Shown here piece by piece: positions 38,701 to 48,342 of a DNA stretch of 64,000 bases. The translations under genes were made by a program, and so were the position numbers. Source of the stretch: Mobula hypostoma (lineage: Eukaryota). The notes beneath the pieces are model-generated. The model did not search any database and was not told the origin of the DNA. It saw only the letters and a list, made by a program, of their open reading frames with translations. Location: the NCBI RefSeq assembly GCF_963921235.1, contig NC_086107.1, positions 116,004,001 to 116,068,000 of the forward strand. The letters run 5' to 3'. Numbering within the stretch: position 1 is the first letter of the stretch; the number at the start of each line of letters is the position of its first letter.

Positions 38701-41700
38701 TACCTAACGCTCCCCCGTCCTCTCCCCGTACGTAACACTCCCCCTGTCCTCTCCCCATACGTAATGCTCCCTGTCCTCTCCCCATACGTGACACTCCCCC
38801 GTCCTCTCCCTGTACGTAACACTCCCCTGCCTCTCCCCCGTCCTCTCCCCGTACGTAACGCTCCCCCTGTCCTCTCCCCGTATGTAACACTCCCCCGTCC
38901 TCTCCCCGTACGTAACACTCCCCCGTCCTCTCACCGTACGTAACACTCCCCCGTCCTCTCCCCGTACGTTACGCTCCCCCGTCCTCTCCCCGTACGTAAC
39001 GCTCCCCCTGTCCTCTCCCCCGTCCTCTCCCCGTACGTAACGCTCCCCTGCCTCTCCCCGTACGTAACGCTCCCCCGTCCTCTCCCCATATGTGACACTC
39101 CCCCCGTCCACTCCCCATACGTAACATTCCTCCATACATAACGTTCCCCCTTACGTAACACTCCCCTGTACGTAACGTTCCCCCGTCCTCTCCCCGTACG
39201 TGACGCTCCCCCGTCCTCTCCCCGTACGTAACACTGGGAGAGGACGGGGGGAGTGTTACGTACGGGGAAGAGGCAGGGTAGTGTTGAGGACTGGGGAGTG
39301 TCCTCTCCCCATACGTAACACTCCCCTGCCTCTCCCACGTCCTCTCACCGTACATAATACTCCCCCATACATAACGTTCCCTTGTCCTCTCCCCGTACGT
39401 AACGCTCCCCCGTCCTCTTTCCGTATGTAACGCTCCCCTGTCCTCTCCCCATACGTAACGCTCCCCCGTCCTCTGCCCATACGTAAGCCTCCCCCGTCCT
39501 CTCCTTCGTACGTAACGCTCCCCCGTCCTCTCCCCGTACGTAATGCTCCCCCGTCCTCTCCCCGTACGTAACGCTCCCCCGTCCTCTCCCCATATGTAAC
39601 ACTCCCCTGCCTCTCCCCATACATAATGCTCCCCCGTCCTCTCCCCGTACGTAACGCTCCCCCGTCCTCTCCCCGTACGTAACGCTCCCCCGTCCTCTCC
39701 CCGTACGTAACACTCCCCCGTCCTCTCCCCGTACGTAATGCTCCCCTGTCCTCTCCCTGTATGTAACGCTCCCCTGCCTCTCCCCATACGTAATGCTCCC
39801 CCGTACGTAACGCTCCCCCGTCCTCTCCCCATACATGACGCTCCCCGGTCCTCTCCCCATACGTAACACTCCCCTGCCTCTCCCCGTACGTAACGCTCCC
39901 CCGTCCTCTCCCCGTACGTAACGCTCCCCATCCTCTCCCCATACGTGACACTCCCCCGTCCTCTCCCCGTACGTAACACTCCCCTGCGTCTCCCCGTATG
40001 TAACGCTCCCCCGTCCTCTCCCCGTACGTAACACTCCCCCTGTCCTCTCCCCGTACGTAACACTCCCCCTGTCCTCTCCCCGTACGTAACACTCCCCCGT
40101 CCTCTCCCCGTACGTAACACTCCCCCGTCCTCTCCCCGTACGTAACGCTCCCCCCGTCCTCTCCCCGTAGGTGACACTCCCCCGTCCTCTCCCCGTACGT
40201 AACGCTCCCCCTGTCCTCTCCCCTGTCCTCACCCCGTACGTAACGCTCCCCTGCCTCTTCCCCGTCCTCTCCCCGTACGTAACGCTCCCCCCGTCCTCTC
40301 CCCATATGTGACACTCCTCCCGTCCTCTCTCCATACATAACACACCTCCACACATAACGTTCCCCAGTCCTCTCCCCGTACGTAACACTCCCCCGTACAT
40401 AACGTTACCGTCCTCTCCCCGTACGTGACGCTCCCCCGTCCTCTCCCCGTACGTGACGCTCCCCCGTCCTCTCCCCGTACGTGACGCTCCCCCGTCCTCT
40501 CCCCGTACGTGACGCTCCCCCGTCCTCTCCCCGTACGTAACACTCCCCCGTCCTCTCCCCGTACATAACGCTCCCCTGTCCTCTCCCCGTACGTGACGCT
40601 CCCCCCGTCCTCTCCCAGTGTTACGTACGGGGAAGAGGCAGGGGAGTGTTGAGGACGGGAGAGTGTCCTCTCCCCGTACGTAACACTCCCCTGCCTCTCC
40701 CCCGTCCTCTCACCGTACATAACACTCCCCCATACATAACGTTCCCCCGTCCTCTCCCCGTACGTAACGCTCCCCCGTCCTCTCCCCGTACGTAACGCTC
40801 CCCCGTCCTCTCCCCGTACGTAACACTCCCCCGTCCTCTCCCCATACGTAACACTCCCCCGTCCTCTCCCCGTACGTAACGCTCCCCCGTCCTCTCCCCG
40901 TACGTAACACTCCCCCTGTCCTCTCCCCGTACGTAACGCTCCCCCGTACGTAACGCTCCCCCGTCCTCTCCCCATACGTAACACTCTTCCGTCCTCTCCC
41001 CGTACGTAACGCTCCCCCGTCCTCTCCCCGTACGTAACGCTCCCCCTGTCCTCTCCCCATATGTGACACTCCCCCCGTCCTCTCCCCATACGTAACATTC
41101 CTCCATACATAACGTTCCCCCGTACGTAACACTCCCCTGTACATAACGTTCCCCTGTCCTCTCCCCGTACGTGACGCTCTCCCCGTCCTCCCCCCGTGAC
41201 GTACGCTCTCCCCGTCCTCTCCCGTACGTAACACTCCTCCGTCCTCTCCCCGTACGTAACACTGGGAGAGGACAGGGCGAGTGTTACGTACGGGGAAGAG
41301 GCAGGGGAGTGTTGAGGACGGGCGAGTGTCCTCTCCCTGTACGTAACACTCCCCTGCCTCTCCCCCGACCTCTCCCCGTACATAACGCTTCCCCTGTCCT
41401 CTCCCCGTATGTAACACTCCCCCGTCCTCTCCTCGTACGTGACGCTCCCCCCGTCCTCTCCCCATACGTAACACTCCCCCGTCCTCTCCCCGTACGTGAC
41501 GCTCCCCCGTCCGTAACACTGGGAGAGGACAGGGCGAGTGTTACATACGGGGAAGAGGCAGGGGAGTGTTGAGGACGGGGGAGTGTCCTCTCCCCGTACG
41601 TAACACTCCCCTGCCTCTCCCCCGACCTCTCACCGTACATAACACTCCCCCATACATAACGTTCCCCCGTCCTCTCCCCGTACGTGACGTCCCCCCGTCC

Positions 41701-42784
41701 TCTCCCAGTGCGTAACACTCCCCTGCCTCTCCCCGTACGTGACGCTCCCCCGTCCTCTCCCCGTACGTGACACTCCCCTGCCTCTCCCCGTACGTAACGC
41801 TCCCCGTCCTCTCCCCATACGTGACACTCCCCCATCCTCTCCCCGTTCGTAACGCTCCCCCTGTCCTCTCCCCATACGTGACGCTCCCCCGTACTCTCCC
41901 CGTACGTAACACTCCCCCGTCCTCTCCCCGTACGTAACGCTCCCCCTGTCCTCTCCCCGTACGTAACGCTCCCCCGTCCTCTCCCCGTACGTAACACTCC
42001 CCCGTCATCTCCCCGTACGTAACACTCCGCCGTCCTCTCACCGTACGTAACACTCCCCCGTCCTCTCCCCGTACGTGACGCTCCCCCCGTCCTCTCCCCG
42101 TACGTAATGCTCCCCCATCCTCTCCCCATATGTGACACTCCCCCCGTCCTCTCCCCATACATAACACTCCTCCATACATAACGTTCCCCCTTACGTAATA
42201 CTCCCCTGTACATAACGTTCCCCTGTCCTCTCCCTGTACGTGACGCTCCCCCGTCCTCTCCCTGTACGTGACGCTCCCCTGTCCTCTCTCCATACATCAC
42301 CCTCCCCCGTCCTCTCCCGATACGTAACGCTCCCCCGTCCTCTCACCGTACGTAACACTCCCCTGCCTCTCCCTGTACGTGACACTCCCCCGTCCTCTCC
42401 CAGTACGTCCTCTCCCCATAAGTGACGCTCCCCCGTCCTCTCCCCCATACGTAACACTCCCCCGTCCTCTCCCCGTACGTAACACTCCCCTGCCTCTCCC
42501 CATACGTGCGCTCCCCCGTCCTCTCCCCGTACATAATGCTCCCCCTGTCCTCTCCCCGTACGTAACACTCCCCTGTCCTCTCCCCGTACATGACGCTCCT
42601 CCCGTCCTCACCCCATACATGACACTCCCCAGTCCTCTCCCTGTACGTAACGCTCCCCCTGTCCTCTCCCCGTACGTAACGCTCCCCCGTCCTCTCCCCG
42701 TACGTAACGCTCCCCTGTCCTCTCCCCGTACGTAACACTCCCCCGTCCTCTCCCCATACGTAACGCTCCCCCGTCCTCTCCCCA
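20790..42784 (+). repeat. 22-kb satellite, roughly 28-bp monomer gtcctctccccgtacgtaacgctccccc, with higher-order structure and about 25 inverted cassettes
   Basis: Direct reading; recurring inverted block agtgttacgtacggggaagaggcaggggagtgttgaggacgggggagt. Confidence 0.98.
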
Positions 42785-43029
42785 CTATGTACCAGGGTTG
42801 CAGGCAGAAGGACTGATCAGGAGCAGAGTCTCTCCATCCGCCCTCTCCCAGTGATCGTGAATGTTGTCACGAATCCCACCCCCCTTCCACTGATTGTGGG
42901 ATTGATTTTTACTCCCCCCTCGCCATTCATTCCTGCCTTTCACGTGGCTCCCCATGATATGCCCCTGCTCACTCCTCAACGCCCCTCGATCACCCGTCCA
43001 CCCCTCCCCGGAAATGAACGAACTGAGCC

Positions 43030-43316
43030 GGTGGCACCGATTCCTTCTCTTTAATGAGGTGTGAAGAATTTGCACAGCCCACCGCCGGCACGACACGGGA
43101 CCCTGGGCCTTCCACAGGCTCTCCCACTCCCCGTGGTGGGCTGCTGCTCTGGGGCTGGTCCCTGGCAGGTTGAGGGCATATTTACAGGAGCGGAGGGATT
43201 CGAGAGGGGGAGGACACGGAGCTGCAGATGATCCGAGCTGTGGATGCAGACAGCAGGACGGAGGGGGCAGTCGTTTGTTCTGTCATGGTCGGTCCAACGT
43301 ACTCCCTCTCGCTGGT
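43030..43316 (-). other. Probable non-coding terminal (3' UTR) exon of the PITP gene
   Basis: Acceptor ctcttcctgttgcag ending at 43317, unique non-repeat sequence, ATTAAA on the - strand at 43050-43055. Confidence 0.6.
43050..43055 (-). promoter_or_regulatory. Polyadenylation signal ATTAAA
   Basis: tttaat on the + strand at the end of the putative last exon. Confidence 0.55.
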
Positions 43317-43439
43317 CTGCAACAGGAAGAGCTGTGGTTAGGGCAGGGGAGAACTTGGTACAGCACAACAACAGCTCCTTCTCCCCAGTGTCCCTGTCCC
43401 TGTCCCTGCACATCCGTGTGTCCAACCACCAGCAGCATA

Positions 43440-46400
43440 AACACTTCTACCTTAACTGCCACCACCTCTACCCTTGAAAACTCATTTCAGGCACCCACCA
43501 CACTCTGTGCCAAAAAAATCCCCCTCTCACATCTCCTTTGAACTATCCCCTTCTCACATGTGATATTAGACATTTCCACCTGGGGAAAAGGATATTGGCT
43601 GCCTGCTCTTTATGTATCTCTTGTGATCTTATAAACCTCTATCGGGTCTCTCCTCAGTCTGTCACTCCAGAGAAAACAACCCAAATCGTCCAACCTCTCC
43701 TTACAGCTCAGGCCTCTAATCCAGGCAGCACCCTGCGGAACCTCCTCTGCACCCTCTCCAAATCTCCCGCACCCTCTCCAAATCCCCCCGTACCCTCTCC
43801 AAATCCCCCCGCACCCTCTCCAAAGCCCCCACACCCTCTCCAAAGCTCCCTAACCCTCTCCAAAGTCCTCACACCCTCTCCAAATCCCCCGCACCCTCTC
43901 CAAAGCCCAACCCTCTCCAAATCCCCCGCACCCTCTCCAAATCCCCCACACCCTCTCCAAATCCCCCACACCCTCTCCAAAGTCCCCACACCCTCTCCAA
44001 AGTCCCCACACCCTCTCCAAATCCCCCACATCCTCTCCAAATCCCCCACACCCTCTCCAAATCCCCCACACCCTCTCCAAAGCCCCCTAAGCCTCTCCAA
44101 AGCCGAACCCTCTCCAAAGTCCCCACATCCTCTCCAAATCCCCCGCACCCTCTCCAAATCCCCCCGCACCCTCTCCAAATCCCCCCGCACCCTCTCCGAA
44201 CCCCCCCGCACCCTCTCCGAAGCCCCCGCACCCTCTCCAAAGCTCCCTAACCCTCTCCAAAGTCCTCACACCCTCTCCAAATCCCCCGCACCCTCTCCAA
44301 ATCCCCCACATCCTCTCCAAAGCCCCCACACCCTCTCCAAATCCCCCACACCCTCTCCAAAGTCCCCACACCCTCTCCAAAGTCCTCACATCCTCTCCAA
44401 ATCCCCCACATCCTCTCCAAATCCCCCACACCCTCTCCAAAGTCCCCACATCCTCTCCAAATCCCCCACACCCTCTCCAAAGCCCCCTAAGCCTCTCCAA
44501 AGCCCAACCCTCTCCAAAGTCCCCACATCCTCTCCAAATCCCCCGCACCCTCTCCAAAGCCCCCTAACCCTCTCCAAAGCCCAACCCTCTCCAAATCCCC
44601 CACACCCTCTCCAAAGCTCCCTAACCCTCTCCAAAGCCCCCACACCCTCTCCAAATCCCCCACACCCTCTCCAAACCCCCTACCCTCTCCAAAGCCCCCA
44701 CACCCTCTCCAAATCCCCCACACCCTCTCCAAAGTCCCCACATCCTCTCCAAATCCCCCACACCCTCTCCAAATCCCCCACATCCTCTCCAAATCCCCCA
44801 CACCCTCTCCAAAGCCCCCTAACCCTCTCCAAAGCCCAACCCTCTCCAAAGTCCCCACATCCTCTCCAAATCCCCCACACCCTCTCCAAAGCCCCCTAAC
44901 CCTCTCCAAAGCCCAACCCTCTCCAAAGCCCCCACATCCTCTCCAAATCCCCCGCACCCTCTCCAAAGCTCCCTAACCCTCTCCAAAGCCCCCACACCCT
45001 CTCCAAATCCCCCACACCCTCTCCAAACCCCCTACCCTCTCCAAATCCCCCACACCCTCTCCAAATCCCCCACACCCTCTCCAAAGCCCCCTAACCCTCT
45101 CCAAAGCCCAACCCTCTCCAAATCCCCCACACCCTCTCCAAACCCCCTACCCTCTCCAAATCCCCCGCACCCTCTCCAAAGCTCCCTAACCCTCTCCAAA
45201 TCCCCCACACCCTCTCCAAACCCCCTACCCTCTCCAAAGCCCCCACACCCTCTCCAAATCCCCCACACCCTCTCCAAAGTCCCCACATCCTCTCCAAATC
45301 CCCCACACCCTCTCCAAATCCCCCACACCCTCTCCAAATCCCCCACACCCTCTCCAAAGCCCCCTAAGCCTCTCCAAAGCCGAACCCTCTCCAAAGTCCC
45401 CACATCCTCTCCAAATCCCCCGCACCCTCTCCAAATCCCCCCGCACCCTCTCCAAATCCCCCCGCACCCTCTCCAAACCCCCCCGCACCCTCTCCGAAGC
45501 CCCCGCACCCTCTCCAAAGCTCCCTAACCCTCTCCAAAGTCCTCACACCCTCTCCAAATCCCCCACACCCTCTCCAAAGTCCCCACACCCTCTCCAAAGT
45601 CCTCACATCCTCTCCAAATCCCCCACATCCTCTCCAAATCCCCCACACCCTCTCCAAAGTCCCCCGCACCCTCTCCAAATCCCCCACACCCTCTCCAAAG
45701 TCCTCACATCCTCTCCAAATCCCCCACATCCTCTCCAAATCCCCCACATCCTCTCCAAATCCCCCACATCCTCTCCAAATCCCCCACACCCTCTCCAAAT
45801 CCCCCGCACCCTCTCCAAATCCCCCACATCCTCTCCAAAGCCCCCACACCCTCTCCAAATCCCCCACACCCTCTCCAAAGTCCCCACACCCTCTCCAAAG
45901 TCCTCACATCCTCTCCAAATCCCCCACATCCTCTCCAAATCCCCCACACCCTCTCCAAAGTCCCCACATCCTCTCCAAATCCCCCACACCCTCTCCAAAG
46001 CCCCCTAAGCCTCTCCAAAGCCCAACCCTCTCCAAAGTCCCCACATCCTCTCCAAATCCCCCGCACCCTCTCCAAAGCCCCCCAACCCTCTCCAAAGCCC
46101 AACCCTCTCCAAATCCCCCACACCCTCTCCAAAGCTCCCTAACCCTCTCCAAAGCCCCCACACCCTCTCCAAATCCCCCACACCCTCTCCAAACCCCCTA
46201 CCCTCTCCAAAGCCCCCACACCCTCTCCAAATCCCCCACACCCTCTCCAAAGTCCCCACATCCTCTCCAAATCCCCCACACCCTCTCCAAATCCCCCACA
46301 TCCTCTCCAAATCCCCCACACCCTCTCCAAAGCCCCCTAACCCTCTCCAAAGCCCAACCCTCTCCAAAGTCCCCACATCCTCTCCAAATCCCCCACACCC

Positions 46401-47680
46401 TCTCCAAAGCCCCCTAACCCTCTCCAAAGCCCCCACATCCTCTCCAAATCCCCCGCACCCTCTCCAAAGCTCCCTAACCCTCTCCAAAGCCCCCACACCC
46501 TCTCCAAATCCCCCACACCCTCTCCAAACCCCCTACCCTCTCCAAATCCCCCACACCCTCTCCAAATCCCCCACACCCTCTCCAAAGCCCCCTAACCCTC
46601 TCCAAAGCCCAACCCTCTCCAAATCCCCCACACCCTCTCCAAACCCCCTACCCTCTCCAAATCCCCCGCACCCTCTCCAAATCCCCCACACCCTCTCCAA
46701 ACCCCCTACCCTCTCCAAATCCCCCACACCCTCTCCAAAGCCCAACCCTCTCCAAATCCCCCACACCCTCTCCAAATCCCCCGCACCCTCTCCAAAGACC
46801 ACACCCTCTCCAAATGCCCCTACCCTCTCCAAATCCCCCACACCCTCTCCAAAGCCCCACACCCTCTCCAAACTCCCTACCCTCTCCAAATCCCCCACAT
46901 CCTCTCCAAAGCCCCCACACCCTCTCCAAAGCTCCCTAACCCTCTCCAAAGCCCCACACCCTCTCCAAAGCTCCCTAACCCTCTCCAAAGCCCCCACACC
47001 CTCTCCAAATCCCCCACACCCTCTCCAAACCCCCTACCCTCTCCAAATCCCCCACACCCTCTCCAAATCCCCCACACCCTCTCCAAAGCCCCCTAACCCT
47101 CTCCAAAGCCCAACCCTCTCCAAATCCCCCGCACCCTCTCCAAAGCTCCCTAACCCTCTCCAAATCCCCCACACCCTCTCCAAACCCCCTACCCTCTCCA
47201 AATCCCCCGCACCCTCTCCAAAGCTCCCTAACCCTCTCCAAATCCCCCACATCCTCTCCAAAGCCCCACACCCTCTCCAAATCCCCCTACCCTCTCCAAA
47301 TCCCCCACACCCTCTCCAAAGCCCCACACCCTCTCCAAATCCCCCGCACCCTCTCCAAAGCCCCACACCCTCTCCAAATCCCCCTACCCTCTCCAAATCC
47401 CCCACACCCTCTCCAAAGCCCCCACACCCTCTCCAAAGCCCCTACCCTCTCCAAATCCCCCTACCCTCTCCAAAGCCCCACACCCTCTCCAAAGCCCCCA
47501 CACCCTCTCCAAAGCCCCCACACCCTCTCCAAAGCCCCCGCACCCTCTTCAAAGCCCCCACACCTGTCCTGTAGTGGGGCACCTAGAACTGCACAATACT
47601 CCACTTTTATAAAGCTGCAATGTAACTTTTCGTTTCTTGAACTCAGTGCCTCGACTAATAAAGGAGTTGTGGCCAAGATA
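43440..47680 (-). mobile_element. CR1 LINE 3' fragment split by an internal 20-bp repeat expansion
   Basis: Minus strand: VEYCAVLGAPLQDR lies upstream of the array; LERVQRRFRRVLPGLE and KERLDDLG.F...RLRRDPIEVYKI lie downstream. Confidence 0.85.
43750..47560 (+). repeat. 18-21-bp minisatellite (caccctctccaaatccccca), about 3.8 kb
   Basis: Direct reading. Confidence 0.97.
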
Positions 47681-47799
47681 AGACAGAGGCAGTGGTCAGC
47701 AGAGCTCACTCTGACCATGACGAGTGGTCAGTGGGACTTACTCCGCCCGTAGCTGACTTCTATCCTGTTGTATCACTTGGCAATAGTCCACACCAGCAA

Positions 47800-48170
47800 T
47801 CTTCGTATTGACCGCAAACTTACGAACGCACCCATCCACATTTTCATCAAGTCATTTCTAGTTATCATAGACATTTGATGTCCCAGTCACCTCTGGTCAC
47901 ATCTCCACACCCACGATCTCCCATCTTCCATGGACAAGCCACTTGTGAAACCAAAGAACCAATTCACCCCTTGCAACTTGGTCTTATGCCTGAGCCTCCC
48001 ACAGGGGACAGCTCTCAGTAATACCCAAGTCGCAACCTCCACAGGCTCACCTTCAATTACCTTTGCCACCTCCTTGAAAAGCCCAATCAACTTACTAAAA
48101 CATGACAACATACACAAAGCCTTGCTGACCCATTAGGCCAGTTTTCCAAATGCTCATGAATCCCATTCTT
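47800..48170 (-). mobile_element. Highly degenerate CR1 RT remnant
   Basis: Minus-strand SCFSKLIGLFKEVAKVIEGEPVEV and ataactagaaatgacttgatgaaaatgtgg resemble CR1 RT (SCLTNLIEFFEEVT; YINDLDENV). Confidence 0.6.
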
Positions 48171-48294
48171 AACAATAGTCAAGACTGTAACTTCTGTGGG
48201 ACGGCTGGGTGGGTCACAGTTAAATGGGGGGGTGGGGGGGAGACAGAAAGTGTGGGGGCAGTGCAGTCAGATGTACTTACCTCACCACAAAGAT

Positions 48295-48342
48295 TCACTC
48301 GTCCTTTGCTGACATCCCCCGCAGGGTGCTTTCGTGACGGAT
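48295..48342 (-). CDS. PITPNB-like: PITP stop-containing exon ([15 protein letters not shown]); the exon continues 14 nt to a gtaagt donor at 48280
   Basis: ttctgacttcag acceptor; RGMSA resembles the class I PITP C-terminal tail; consensus donor follows the stop. Confidence 0.85.
   Translation of the reverse strand: MRHESTLRGMSAKDE

Noticed and set aside
20790..42784. CRISPR-like regularly recurring palindromic motif
   Set aside because: Intervening sequences are copies of the same monomer rather than unique spacers, there are no cas genes, and the context is vertebrate.
20755..42785. Many RG/GE-rich minus-strand ORFs, up to 774 aa (RGG-like)
   Set aside because: All three frames of the satellite are open and frame-shifting indels are common, so there is no sign of coding constraint.
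43538..47405. Extensin-like SPxP ORF and GDLERV ORFs
   Set aside because: Artefacts of the 20-bp CR1-derived array.
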